This document shows positions 45,521-55,446 of a stretch of 64,000 nucleotides of DNA, one piece after another. This DNA is from a virus: the UHGV virus genome UHGV-0275551; one strand, written 5' to 3'. Numbering within the stretch: the stretch's first letter is position 1; every line of letters begins with the position of its first letter. The notes under the pieces were generated by a model, which saw only the letters and a list, made by a program, of their open reading frames with translations, made no database searches and had not been told where the DNA came from. The position numbers and the translations under genes were made by a program.

Positions 45521-46264
45521 TTAAACTTTAATGATAGCTCTTAGCTTGTTCTCAAGGTCTGCAAGAGTACCATTATTATGAATAATGTCACGCTCATATT
45601 TTGTAGAAATCCCATTTTCTGAAACATGTGATGAAACTTTGTCCACATTGTCTCTTTTTACTTCAATAGTTTGGTGTGCAAATCTACTCAGCCATTCAGC
45701 TTCAGAGTCAAATCTTAAATCACTGATTAAGACAAAACCATATTGATTTCTAAGTGAGCACATTTCATGGAATCTAACCATTCTTTTTTCAAGGTCTTTA
45801 GACCAGAACTTGTCGCCCATTACTTTACGGACAACTTCAGTACCCCAAATCTGTTGAATTTGTCTTGATGAGAATTTATACTTTTTACTAAATCCCAGAC
45901 GTGTTAATAGGGTAGGTTTAGCAACCTTCTTAAGCTCCATGATTAATCGTCCGGTTAACTCTGACATAAGCTTGAAGTCCATATGGTAACGTTCATCTCT
46001 GAAGGTGAACTCCATAGCTTCCGTAACTTTAAACATCAGTTCAGGATATGATAAGTCAAAAACCTGTGGAGTCTCTTTAGTTTCACCGTACAGGTCATTC
46101 CAAGTCAAGTCAAATATCTTTGATGCAGATAGTTTAAGGTTGTCTGCAAAGGCCATTACTTCAACATTGTAGCCATACTCATCCTCTAAAATGTTCTTCA
46201 CAATAGAACATGAGGTGTCTTTTCCAGAACGTGCCTTTCCAGTAAAGGCGATAATATTACTCAT
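45521..46264 (-). CDS. deoxynucleoside monophosphate kinase-like P-loop protein
   Basis: N-terminal IIAFTGKARSGKDT resembles the T4 gp1 dNMP kinase P-loop. Confidence 0.6.
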   Translation of the reverse strand: MSNIIAFTGKARSGKDTSCSIVKNILEDEYGYNVEVMAFADNLKLSASKIFDLTWNDLYGETKETPQVFDLSYPELMFKVTEAMEFTFRDERYHMDFKLMSELTGRLIMELKKVAKPTLLTRLGFSKKYKFSSRQIQQIWGTEVVRKVMGDKFWSKDLEKRMVRFHEMCSLRNQYGFVLISDLRFDSEAEWLSRFAHQTIEVKRDNVDKVSSHVSENGISTKYERDIIHNNGTLADLENKLRAIIKV

Positions 46265-46281
46265 TTTATCTCCATTAATTA

Positions 46282-46310
46282 CTAAAAAGCCCCCAACTAA
46301 GGAGGCTTGT
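46282..46310 (-). terminator. rho-independent terminator
   Basis: Minus-strand AAGCCUCC-uuaguu-GGGGGCUU followed by UUUUAG. Confidence 0.5.
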
Positions 46311-46325
46311 AAGATTTATAAAGAC

Positions 46326-47126
46326 TTAGTGTAGTTGCTCAGCAGACTCTTTTTCAGCCATAGCTGAAAGTTGCTTCACAAAAGCATCACCGAAGTTAAT
46401 GCGTAGTTTCTCTTCAATGATGGAAGCACCAATGTTCACCAAAACATCATTGATTGCTTGCATACTGACTCCGCCAGTCATCTCTTCAATGAACTCAATA
46501 CTCACACCCATCATCTGTGAAAGTTGGATTAGTGCAACGATATTCATCATCGTAGATATAGCTGGAATCATCAGTGCAACTTTCACCTGAAGTGGTTCTA
46601 TATCAGCTACAGAGTCATTTTCAACAGCTTCTTCCAAAGAATCTTTAGTTTGCTGGATAATCTCTTTGATTCGTGGGTTTAATTCTTCGACGCCCCAATC
46701 AAGTTTTTCATATCGTGAAAGTTTCTCTTCCATGCGCTTCTCAAGAACAGCCATAACAGCACTCGTTGATGAGATAAGCGTATCAATAATGAAATCAGTG
46801 TCCTTAGTCAGCAACAGTTCCTTATCTTCATCTGACATTCTGATATAGTCATTCTTTTGCATTTCATAAAAAATGAACTCAGCAAGTGCATCAACACCAA
46901 CTGCAATAGATGCCAGAGCAAGTGTAGTGTCTGTCAACATCATATTAACCTGTTCTGCAAAAGCACCGTTATCAGACTTGTCTTTAGGTAGGTTATAGCT
47001 TGCAGGCATAAACTGTTCTGTGTAGTTATTACCACGAAGAATCATAGCCATGCTTTCTACGGCATTGATTAAAAATGCTTCGTCAATACCTTTTTCTTCA
47101 AGCATCTTTTCTACATCGATATTCAT
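46326..47126 (-). CDS. hypothetical protein
   Basis: 266-aa ORF. Confidence 0.6.
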   Translation of the reverse strand: MNIDVEKMLEEKGIDEAFLINAVESMAMILRGNNYTEQFMPASYNLPKDKSDNGAFAEQVNMMLTDTTLALASIAVGVDALAEFIFYEMQKNDYIRMSDEDKELLLTKDTDFIIDTLISSTSAVMAVLEKRMEEKLSRYEKLDWGVEELNPRIKEIIQQTKDSLEEAVENDSVADIEPLQVKVALMIPAISTMMNIVALIQLSQMMGVSIEFIEEMTGGVSMQAINDVLVNIGASIIEEKLRINFGDAFVKQLSAMAEKESAEQLH

Positions 47127-47127
47127 A

Positions 47128-47550
47128 TTATTTCTCTCTCAGTTGGTTAAGTTTCTTTCTAGAACATTTTAAGTTTTCGGATGAAGAAAAGTCAAGTGTC
47201 TTTTCAGAACGTGGATAATAGTGCCTATCCCAAGAAGTTTCAACATCGTTAATCAGTGACGCTAGATTACACAGGTCTGTACCACTTTGCAACCTCTTTT
47301 TAAGAGAATCTAGTAAAGCAACTGTGTCTTTAGCTTTACGTCTAGCTATAGCAACGTCTTTCATATGCTCGAACACAGAGCATTTTAAGTCATCTTCATA
47401 GTCTTCTGATAACTCTATTTCATGTTGTATATCAACCATTCTCCTGTGATGGTGAGCATATTCCCGTTGAGCAGCAATGTCAAGTTCTTCCAACTTCTGC
47501 AAAGCTCTAACAAAGTCAGCTATGTCTGGGTGAACAAACATTTTCTGCAT
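47128..47550 (-). CDS. hypothetical protein (first gene of the minus-strand block)
   Basis: 140-aa ORF. Confidence 0.55.
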   Translation of the reverse strand: MQKMFVHPDIADFVRALQKLEELDIAAQREYAHHHRRMVDIQHEIELSEDYEDDLKCSVFEHMKDVAIARRKAKDTVALLDSLKKRLQSGTDLCNLASLINDVETSWDRHYYPRSEKTLDFSSSENLKCSRKKLNQLREK

Positions 47551-47722
47551 GTAAGCCTCTTTTAAGTAACTATTAAGTTTTAATCTTTTATCTTAACGTA
47601 TTCTATACGTTATACTTTAAAGCTTTTTAAAAGCTATTAAATAATCTTTTAAGAGTTTTAAAGTATCTGTATAGTTAAACTGTTAAGTAACCTTTTAAGT
47701 AAAACCCACTTCGCAAAGATTA

Positions 47723-47747
47723 ACACCTTGTCAAGTACATTGTCAAC
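47723..47747 (+). promoter_or_regulatory. conserved motif ACACCTTGTCAAGTACATTGTCAAC in the divergent promoter region; TATAAT at 47756-47761
   Basis: 24/25 identical to 1913-1937; precedes the first plus-strand gene by about 60 nt. Confidence 0.45.
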
Positions 47748-47806
47748 TTGCTTTTTATAATTTTTTGCAGTAATGTATGAGGTTAATGATTTTAGAGGGA
47801 GTAAAA

Positions 47807-50506
47807 ATGGAAAACGTAGATTTTAAAAACTTACATTTAGTTGGTGATACAGAAACTGATGGTTTACTCCTTGAGTTCACTAAAGTTCACGTAATGGCTT
47901 TCGCAGATTATAAATCTGACGATGAAGAGCCACCTGTATGGGTCTTTACAGATGAGCCTATCCTCGGTCACAAGTACACTAAGTACATTAAGGGTGGTTT
48001 ACGTGAAGGTGTTGAGTTTGCGTTAAAGGCAAAACGACTTTGTATCCATAACGGCCTCGGTTATGACTGGTGGGTCTTCAATCACATTGCACCGGATTTA
48101 TGGAACTTTGATAATCCAAAATGTAAGCCGTGGAGTAATTTCTTTCAGGATTCTCTTATCCAGTCTCGTGTTCAGTGGATGGATAGACCAACTCCAAAGG
48201 GTTATAAAGGTGCTCATGGTTTGGCTGCATGGGGTGCTCGTGTCGGTGTTCGTAAGCCAGAGATTGAGCATTGGGGTGTGTGGAATGCAGAAATCTTCAC
48301 TCGTGTTGTGGAAGATATCCGTATTAACGCCAAAACTAAACGCGCACTGGATAATGAGTATCTCAAGCTAAAGAAGTGTGGCATAGACACTTATGAAACC
48401 TATATGCGAGCTAAAGAAACATCTTTCTGGATGAGTCAACAAGCTATCAATGGTTGGAAAGCTGATAAAGAGCTTATGGAGTTCCATGTAAAGGAACTTG
48501 ACAAGTTGACTAATGAGCTTGCTTCAGAAGTTGAACCACATCTTCCTCCAACTATTAAGACCAAAGGTAAAGTCACTGGAGAAGAGTTTGCAAAAGCTTG
48601 GAATGAGTATGTTGAAGCATTTGGTCACGCAGATGGACTGAAGAGAATTACCAAGTACCCTAAGACAAAGTATCGTCAGCAGGTACGTAACGGTGAGATG
48701 CAGACATATGAAATCAAGCCATTTGGTAAGCCAACTACAAAGATTTTTAACATTGAAAAGAGAAATTGCTATACACCAACCAACTCTGTAACTGGTGAAG
48801 AGTACAAGGAGGGTTTTGTAGCAATGAAGGATGCTCGTGCAATTTGCAATGAGTTGAATGCAAAGATTGGTAAGAAATGCAAAGACTGGAAGCCAGTAAA
48901 AACAGTTAAAACTGTGAAGTACTATAACAGTCATGTTGTTAACCACTTTGAGCTTGAGTCAAGTCGCTACACAGGATTGATTGATGCACCATATACACCA
49001 ATTGAGTTTGAAGTTTCTCGTATGACTCAGGTAGCAGTTGTTAAAGACTACTTGAAATCAGTTGGTTGGATTCCAGATGACTGGAACTACAAGAAAGATT
49101 CAGACGGTCGCCCTGTCAAAGTTTGTCGTTTCAAAGACAACAAAAAGATGATTACAAAGCATCCTAAGTGGCAGGAGATGGTTGAACGGTGTGGGTTGAG
49201 TTATGTTGAACACGAAGGTGTCCAGTACATCGAACATAACTGGTCTGTGAAGAAGTACACGGATTTGCTTGAACCTTGCTTAATCCGTACTTCACCAAAA
49301 CTTACTGAATCTTCTTATGATACGATTGAAGGTGAGCTTGGACAGAAGATTGCTAAGTACTACACTTTGATGCACAGACGAAGAACTATTGAGAATTCAA
49401 AGGATGATGAAAAAGGTTGGTTGAACCAGATTCGTCCAGATGGTCGCCTTAGTGCTGGTGCAATGGTATTTGGTACTTCAACTGGACGTATGACACAATA
49501 TGGTATTGTAAACGTACCGTCTGGTGCTGCTGTCTATGGGGAACCAATGAGGGCAGTGTGGATTTGTGAAGAAGGTACTAATGTTGTCTCTGTAGACATG
49601 AACTCAGCCCAGCTAGTTCTCCTTTGTAACTTTATGGGTGACAAAGACTTCACCAAAGCGGTAACGCAAGGTAAAGAAGAGATTGAGTTTATTCGTCAAG
49701 AAGATGGACGCTATTACTGCAAACATTTTGATGAGTACCTAAACCCAGAGATTGATAAGTACCTTCGCTATGACTCTGAGAATGACCTGTACGTTGTCTA
49801 TTCAGGGACTGATGCACATACACTGAACAGTATTTACTTTAGCTTGAATGATGAGCAGGATATCTTGACTTGTCGAGCTACTCAGGATGAGAATCTTCTT
49901 CATGAGATTAGCAAAGGTCGTAAGAAAGCTAAGAATGGTATCTATGCACTGCTGTTCGGTGCAGGTGATGAGAAGTTTGCTAAGACAATTAAAGCTGCAA
50001 CTACTCAGGAAGGTGCACTGACTAAACAGACTTACTTTATTCGTTTGCCTAAAATTAAGAAGTTGCTAGATGACTTGGAAGCTGACTACAAAGCGACTAA
50101 AAAGGCACTTGAAGAGGTTTTTGGTAAGACCGCTGCAATCTCTAAAGGGGGATTTGTAAAGGTTGCTGGAGCTTGGTTGTGGTGTAAATCTCCACATAAG
50201 TTATTGAATTATTTGCTTATGGGTTCGGAGGCTCAGATTCAAAATGAGGCAATTAACCTTGCTTGTAGAAGAGCATGTGAAGAAGGGTTGACAAAATTAA
50301 ATGGACGAAAACCAGCAATCGGTGCTAGGCTTTTGCTGGCATACCACGATGAAAACAGTTGGGAATGCCCAGAGAGTATGACTCAAGAAGTTAAAACCAT
50401 AACTGACTGGATGTATGGTCAGGCATCTAAGAATTTAGGTTTGAAGAGTGAGACGCTTGTAACTGGCACAGGTAAGGTTGGTAAGAGCTGGTTGGAAGTG
50501 CATTGA
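47807..50506 (+). CDS. DNA polymerase, family A, with 3'-5' exonuclease domain
   Basis: Exo I motif VGDTETDGL; polymerase motifs KNGIYALLFGAG and LAYHDENSWECP; ATG 47807 with SD GAGGGAG. Confidence 0.9.
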   Translation: MENVDFKNLHLVGDTETDGLLLEFTKVHVMAFADYKSDDEEPPVWVFTDEPILGHKYTKYIKGGLREGVEFALKAKRLCIHNGLGYDWWVFNHIAPDLWNFDNPKCKPWSNFFQDSLIQSRVQWMDRPTPKGYKGAHGLAAWGARVGVRKPEIEHWGVWNAEIFTRVVEDIRINAKTKRALDNEYLKLKKCGIDTYETYMRAKETSFWMSQQAINGWKADKELMEFHVKELDKLTNELASEVEPHLPPTIKTKGKVTGEEFAKAWNEYVEAFGHADGLKRITKYPKTKYRQQVRNGEMQTYEIKPFGKPTTKIFNIEKRNCYTPTNSVTGEEYKEGFVAMKDARAICNELNAKIGKKCKDWKPVKTVKTVKYYNSHVVNHFELESSRYTGLIDAPYTPIEFEVSRMTQVAVVKDYLKSVGWIPDDWNYKKDSDGRPVKVCRFKDNKKMITKHPKWQEMVERCGLSYVEHEGVQYIEHNWSVKKYTDLLEPCLIRTSPKLTESSYDTIEGELGQKIAKYYTLMHRRRTIENSKDDEKGWLNQIRPDGRLSAGAMVFGTSTGRMTQYGIVNVPSGAAVYGEPMRAVWICEEGTNVVSVDMNSAQLVLLCNFMGDKDFTKAVTQGKEEIEFIRQEDGRYYCKHFDEYLNPEIDKYLRYDSENDLYVVYSGTDAHTLNSIYFSLNDEQDILTCRATQDENLLHEISKGRKKAKNGIYALLFGAGDEKFAKTIKAATTQEGALTKQTYFIRLPKIKKLLDDLEADYKATKKALEEVFGKTAAISKGGFVKVAGAWLWCKSPHKLLNYLLMGSEAQIQNEAINLACRRACEEGLTKLNGRKPAIGARLLLAYHDENSWECPESMTQEVKTITDWMYGQASKNLGLKSETLVTGTGKVGKSWLEVH

Positions 50507-50516
50507 TGGTATTGAA

Positions 50517-51029
50517 ATGATTACAGAAATTCGCTTAAAGGAGCTTTTAGAGTATGACCCCGATGCAGGGGTCTTTACTTGGAAGTTTAGAGAAGGTAAT
50601 GCAAACTTTAACTCTAGATTTGGAGGTAAGAGGGCTGGAAACTACAGAACAAATACTGATGGACACAAGTCAGTTCAGTTGTTGATTGATGGAAGGAGTT
50701 ACCAAGCAAATCGTTTAGTTATCTTGTATGTGGATGGATATCTGCCTGATAAAACCTTACAGGTTGACCATAAGAATGGGGACGGTTGGGACAATAGGTA
50801 CTTGAATTTAAGGGTTTGTACAGCTTCACAAAACGCTTGCAATCGGTCAAGAAAGTCCCCATCTGGGTTGCCAAAAGGTGTACAGAAGATAAATAAAAGG
50901 TTTCGAGCAATGATACGTTTACAAGGCAAAAACTATCATCTTGGTATGTTTGACACGCCTGAAGAAGCCCATAAAGCTTACTGTGAAGCTGCTGTGAAAC
51001 TCCACGGAGAGTTTGCAAAACTAAGTTGA
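50517..51029 (+). CDS. HNH homing endonuclease with AP2-like domain
   Basis: VDHKNGDGWDNRYLNLR...SQN HNH core; C-terminus parallels 27451-27942. Confidence 0.65.
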   Translation: MITEIRLKELLEYDPDAGVFTWKFREGNANFNSRFGGKRAGNYRTNTDGHKSVQLLIDGRSYQANRLVILYVDGYLPDKTLQVDHKNGDGWDNRYLNLRVCTASQNACNRSRKSPSGLPKGVQKINKRFRAMIRLQGKNYHLGMFDTPEEAHKAYCEAAVKLHGEFAKLS

Positions 51030-51074
51030 CAAGGTGCTCATGGAAGAGTACCTTATACAATATCTTATATAGGA

Positions 51075-51290
51075 GTGATTATGAGTCACCGTGGAAGAAC
51101 CCATGCAGCAATGATGAAAGGTGCTTCAAAGGAAACTATCAAGAACCGTAAGCAGAAGTTGTTTGAGAAAATGAATAGACTCATTGATAACACTTCCCTG
51201 TCTGGTGGTGAGAAAGTTTTCCTTAAAAGTAACCTTAAAAGCATTGCACAAGAACTTGTAGATATTGAATATTGGAGACATCAAAAATGA
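51075..51290 (+). CDS. hypothetical protein
   Basis: 71-aa ORF. Confidence 0.5.
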   Translation: MIMSHRGRTHAAMMKGASKETIKNRKQKLFEKMNRLIDNTSLSGGEKVFLKSNLKSIAQELVDIEYWRHQK

Positions 51291-51499
51291 CACTTGCAGA
51301 CGTTATTCAGCAACTTCATGATAACTGCTATACTCCAGAGTTGATTCAGGAGATGCTTATTGTGGTAATGCCTAGTAAGTTCGTAAAAGGTTTTAATAGT
51401 GAATCTTTAAGGTCTGCACATATCCTTATTGTTGACGGTAAGATTGCAAGGGACCGTACAGGAGTCCTTAAGGGTGAACGTATTAGCATTGACCTCTGA
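51287..51499 (+). CDS. hypothetical protein
   Basis: Track start TTG 51272; ATG 51287 overlaps the previous stop. Confidence 0.45.
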   Translation: MTLADVIQQLHDNCYTPELIQEMLIVVMPSKFVKGFNSESLRSAHILIVDGKIARDRTGVLKGERISIDL

Positions 51500-51516
51500 G
51501 TATTGGGGATACCAAA

Positions 51517-51672
51517 ATGAAACGCAAAGTAAAATTATTTAGTTTATATGGAAGAGTCGGTAAAGGTTTTGATTGGCAACTGCTACGTTCAGATGTTAAA
51601 AGCAACGAGTTAGCACAGCTTATCATAAACTACCGACGCACATACAGAGAAGTAGAACATCGTGAACAGTAA
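51517..51672 (+). CDS. small hypothetical protein (51 aa, below the track cutoff)
   Basis: ATG with upstream GGGGA. Confidence 0.3.
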   Translation: MKRKVKLFSLYGRVGKGFDWQLLRSDVKSNELAQLIINYRRTYREVEHREQ

Positions 51673-51685
51673 TAGGAGAAGTGTT

Positions 51686-51922
51686 ATGTGGAAAGCAGTA
51701 ATTGCGCTTGGTGTTATTTTTCTATCTGGCTGCAACCCTTCTTATGAAGATAAAAATGCTTCTTACAGCCTCCCACCAGAGATGCAAGATTGTAGAGTAT
51801 ACAAGTTACATGGTGATGCTATAAGTAGGGATATTGTTGTTGTCAGATGTCCAAACTCTCAAACAACAACATCTTATAGCTATGGCAAAAATGGTCAATC
51901 ACATACCACGGTTATTGAGTGA
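51686..51922 (+). CDS. putative lipoprotein
   Basis: Signal peptide with lipobox (FLSGC); ATG 51686 with SD AGGAGAAG. Confidence 0.45.
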   Translation: MWKAVIALGVIFLSGCNPSYEDKNASYSLPPEMQDCRVYKLHGDAISRDIVVVRCPNSQTTTSYSYGKNGQSHTTVIE

Positions 51923-51932
51923 GGTTTTCACG

Positions 51933-52139
51933 ATGGAAGTATTAGTAAACTATATCTATCGTTATGATGTTGTTCACTCCACTACAACCGTAGCTCAACG
52001 TAATCCAATCGTCCCACGAGAAGGTGAGTTGGTTCGCATTGAGGGTTGGACTTACACTGTGGAAAGCATCATTCATAAGTTTGATGTTGCTGGCGATGTT
52101 CAAGTTATCGACGTAGAGATTGGTGGTAAGAGAAAATGA
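51933..52139 (+). CDS. hypothetical protein
   Basis: Track ORF starts earlier in overlap; ATG 51933 follows the lipoprotein stop. Confidence 0.4.
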   Translation: MEVLVNYIYRYDVVHSTTTVAQRNPIVPREGELVRIEGWTYTVESIIHKFDVAGDVQVIDVEIGGKRK

Positions 52140-52354
52140 CTGTAGAAGATAAATTTAAGAACGCCGTCCTTACAGAAGAGGGCGAGCTTGAAACATTCAT
52201 TCTTCGTGTTGATGGTAAGTTATTCCGGTGTCGTTGTGGGTCAAACTGTTTCCATAAACCAGATAAAAACGACTTAGAGCTTTACGCATGTAATGCTTGT
52301 GACACTTGGTATCACTCAGAGGTTAAAAATGACAATTCTGTACAAACAAAATAA
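52136..52354 (+). CDS. small zinc-ribbon protein
   Basis: CRCGSNC...CNACDTWYH. Confidence 0.5.
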   Translation: MTVEDKFKNAVLTEEGELETFILRVDGKLFRCRCGSNCFHKPDKNDLELYACNACDTWYHSEVKNDNSVQTK

Positions 52355-53432
52355 AGATGGTTCCTTCAACGTCTGGTCATGTGTTGCTGTAGGTGACAAA
52401 GTTATCACAACCTATGGTAAAGAAAATGGCAAGATGATGTTTGAAGAGTACACAGCAGAGCCTAAGAACATCGGTAAAAAGAATGAGCGTAACGCTGAAC
52501 AGCAAGCTCTCTTTGAAGTTTCTGCTAAGTATAAGAAACAAGTAGACCGTAAAGGTTACGCTTACACAAAAGAGTCTGCACAGAATACTGAGAAGGTAGG
52601 TGTACAGCTTGCTCATGATGCTGCAAAGGTTAGTCATGCAAAGTATCTGAAGTTCCCTGCTGATGCTCAACCGAAACTGGATGGTGTACGTTGTAGAATT
52701 TCAAGACACTTAAGTATTGGCAGTGTATTTACAGCATATTCTCGTGAGAACACTATTTATAAAATTCCTACTGAGCTAATACCTGACATTATGGCAATGT
52801 TGAGGCTCCATAAAGATGTTGATGAATTTGATGGTGAAATCTATGCTCATGGGTTGGACTTAGAGGATATTGTCTCCATGATTAAAAATGAAGACAATCC
52901 TGACCGACATCTACTCAAGTTTTACTGGTATGATATCTGTGACAGTACTAAGACGTGGCCTGAGCGTAGAGATATTATTGAGACTTCACCATTGAATGAC
53001 TTTAGAGACGGCTGTAAAGTTGTTCCTGTTAAGTCTCGTCGTGTGAACTCTTGGGAAGAGTTTGATGAAGCTCATGATAAGTGGGTTGAAGCTAAGTTTG
53101 AAGGTGCAATGTACCGTTCAATCTCTGAAGAATCTTTCTATGAGTGTGGTCACCGTTCATACTTCTTGATTAAGCACAAGAAGATGCACACTGAAGAGTT
53201 TAAAGTGACTGGTGTAAAGACTGATAAACGTGGTCATGGTAAGTTCGTTGTAGAGACTCTTCCTAACGTCTTTGTAGATGTTTCATGGAAAACTACACAC
53301 GAGAAGAAACAGTATCTTGCTGAGCATCCTGATGAGTTTATCGGGAAACCTTTAACGGTTCAGTTCCAGAAGATGACTCGTAAGGGGTCTTTACAGTTCC
53401 CTGTTGGGCTAGTTATTAGGGATTATGAGTAA
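52329..53432 (+). CDS. ATP-dependent DNA ligase
   Basis: Motif I KLDGVR (KxDGxR); later EGAMYRS and LIKHKK motifs. Confidence 0.7.
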   Translation: MTILYKQNKDGSFNVWSCVAVGDKVITTYGKENGKMMFEEYTAEPKNIGKKNERNAEQQALFEVSAKYKKQVDRKGYAYTKESAQNTEKVGVQLAHDAAKVSHAKYLKFPADAQPKLDGVRCRISRHLSIGSVFTAYSRENTIYKIPTELIPDIMAMLRLHKDVDEFDGEIYAHGLDLEDIVSMIKNEDNPDRHLLKFYWYDICDSTKTWPERRDIIETSPLNDFRDGCKVVPVKSRRVNSWEEFDEAHDKWVEAKFEGAMYRSISEESFYECGHRSYFLIKHKKMHTEEFKVTGVKTDKRGHGKFVVETLPNVFVDVSWKTTHEKKQYLAEHPDEFIGKPLTVQFQKMTRKGSLQFPVGLVIRDYE

Positions 53433-53435
53433 ACT

Positions 53436-53582
53436 ATGTTCAGTACAGTCATTTTGTTTATACTGGTTGTCTTTGTATTGTCATACGTTGCAAGTAAGCT
53501 TTTGGACACATCTTTTGCAATGGGTGTCTTGTTTACAATCTTTTGTTTCGTGACGCATATAGCTATCAGAACTTTTTTATAA
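53436..53582 (+). CDS. small hydrophobic membrane protein (48 aa, below the track cutoff)
   Basis: ATG 4 nt after the ligase stop; two hydrophobic stretches. Confidence 0.3.
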   Translation: MFSTVILFILVVFVLSYVASKLLDTSFAMGVLFTIFCFVTHIAIRTFL

Positions 53583-53588
53583 AAGTTG

Positions 53589-53616
53589 TTGACATAGAAA
53601 ATTTGGTGAGTATACT
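53589..53616 (+). promoter_or_regulatory. sigma70-type promoter (TTGACA-N16-TATACT)
   Basis: Read directly; overlapped by inverted repeat GGTGAGTA...TACTCACC. Confidence 0.6.
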
Positions 53617-53646
53617 GAGCATCATAAACCAACAGGTACTCACCAG

Positions 53647-53952
53647 CATCACTTAAGAGTCTTCTAAGAGGGTTTTTAAGTGATGTCCGGTAGGGTAAGG
53701 TCGGGTTAAGTATTGTTCGGTACGGTAGGGTAAAGTACGGTACGGTAAGGTAAAGCAGGGTATGGGTAGTTAGTCTCAGCTACATTAAAATGAGACTTAC
53801 ATCACTTAAGAGTCTTTAAATTACACTCGATAAAGTATCTCATAGGGTTTTTAAGTGATGTTTGGCAAGGCAAGGTGCGGCCCGGTCGGGTAAGGTGCGG
53901 TGATGTATGGTAAAGTATGGGTGGATGGTAGTAGCCACGTTAAAAATCTACC
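53647..53952 (+). other. composite structured G/T-rich repeat element, copy 1 (two sub-units)
   Basis: 10-bp inverted repeats CATCACTTAA/TTAAGTGATG, GGT-rich tracts, terminal hairpins AGTCTCA...TGAGACT and GGTAG...CTACC. Confidence 0.7.
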
Positions 53953-54010
53953 AAGTTTCTAAAGAGTCTTCTGTTGAGGGTTCTTTACAAACAACTTAAC
54001 AATCAACTAA

Positions 54011-54616
<606 letters not shown>

Positions 54617-54618
54617 TT

Positions 54619-55059
54619 ATGAATACAAAAGCATTAGCAGCAAAGTTTAGTTACGGTGACACTGTATCACACTCTGAGATGGATACCTTCTTAGGTATTG
54701 TGAAGCCAACTTATCAAGGTGACATTGTTAAGTACGAAGATGAAATGAAGGCTTATGCACTTACACGTCTAAACCGACTTGAGAAGTTTATTGAGAAGCT
54801 TCTTAAAGAAGAGAAGATTTATCTGGTTGCTTCAATGGGTGTTGGTTATCGTGTGGTTGAACCTAAGCATCAAGCAACTATTGCAAAACGCAAAATGTCT
54901 GGTAAGATTGGTCGAGCTTTAAAGCAAGCCACTCAAGCAATTGAGAATGTGAATACTATGGCACTTAGCCACCAAGAACGTTCACGACTAATTGAACAGC
55001 AAAACCATTTAGCTGCTATGAAAGCTAACATTAACAAGCAACGCAGAAAACCTTTCTAA
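54619..55059 (+). CDS. hypothetical protein
   Basis: 146-aa ORF. Confidence 0.55.
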   Translation: MNTKALAAKFSYGDTVSHSEMDTFLGIVKPTYQGDIVKYEDEMKAYALTRLNRLEKFIEKLLKEEKIYLVASMGVGYRVVEPKHQATIAKRKMSGKIGRALKQATQAIENVNTMALSHQERSRLIEQQNHLAAMKANINKQRRKPF

Positions 55060-55070
55060 GTTGACTAGGT

Positions 55071-55086
55071 AGCCTCTTCGGAGGCT
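55071..55086 (+). other. stem-loop AGCCTC-ttcg-GAGGCT without a U-tract
   Basis: Perfect 6-bp stem with UUCG loop immediately after the 54619-55059 stop. Confidence 0.5.
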
Positions 55087-55087
55087 C

Positions 55088-55354
55088 CTCATTAAAAGGT
55101 CTTTAAACAAGGTCTTTTAATGAGGTAGTATACGGTATGGTGGGGTAGGGTGAGGTCTGGTTTGGTAAGGTAGGGTCTGGTATGGGTAGTTAGTCTCAGC
55201 TACATTAAAATGAGACTTACCTTTTTAAAAGGTCTTTAAGAGGGTCTTTTAATGAGGTAGGGTAGAGTTCTGTTGAGTACAGCGATGTGTGGTTGGGTCT
55301 TGTAAGGTTTGGTTTGGTATGGAAGGATGGCAGTAGCCTTATAAAAAATCTGCC
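55088..55354 (+). other. composite structured G/T-rich repeat element, copy 2 (two sub-units)
   Basis: Inverted repeat CTCATTAAAAG/CTTTTAATGAG, GGT-rich tracts, identical 37-mer with copy 1, terminal hairpin GGCAG...CTGCC. Confidence 0.7.
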
Positions 55355-55373
55355 AAATAAGCTATAAAATCTG

Positions 55374-55402
55374 TTGACAAGTCAGGTGTTATAGCTTATT
55401 TT
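55374..55402 (+). promoter_or_regulatory. possible sigma70-type promoter (TTGACA-N17-TATTTT)
   Basis: Consensus -35, weak -10, about 45 nt upstream of 55447. Confidence 0.35.
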
Positions 55403-55446
55403 TATACTCAATATAATACAAAATTTAATATAACTTTGAGGTCATT

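Noticed and set aside
47551-47806. Clear sigma70 promoter assignment for the DNA polymerase operon
   Set aside because: A perfect TATAAT exists at 47756-47761 but no -35 element at proper spacing; the conserved TTGTCAA motif sits 10 or 22 nt away, so the promoter class cannot be decided from sequence alone
27451-51029. Transposon, insertion sequence or integrative element signalled by the endonuclease genes
   Set aside because: No integrase, transposase, attachment-site-like direct repeats or tRNA targets were found; the HNH and GIY-YIG proteins are the free-standing homing type common in virulent phages
53423-53632. 69-aa minus-strand track ORF after the ligase gene
   Set aside because: It is antisense to the surrounding plus-strand operon and spans the strong plus-strand promoter; the co-oriented 48-aa plus-strand membrane ORF is more plausible
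53686-53770. tRNA or other canonical RNA gene in the G/T-rich tracts
   Set aside because: No cloverleaf-compatible arms and no GTTCGA-type T-loop; the tracts are simple GGT-rich sequence bounded by long inverted repeats
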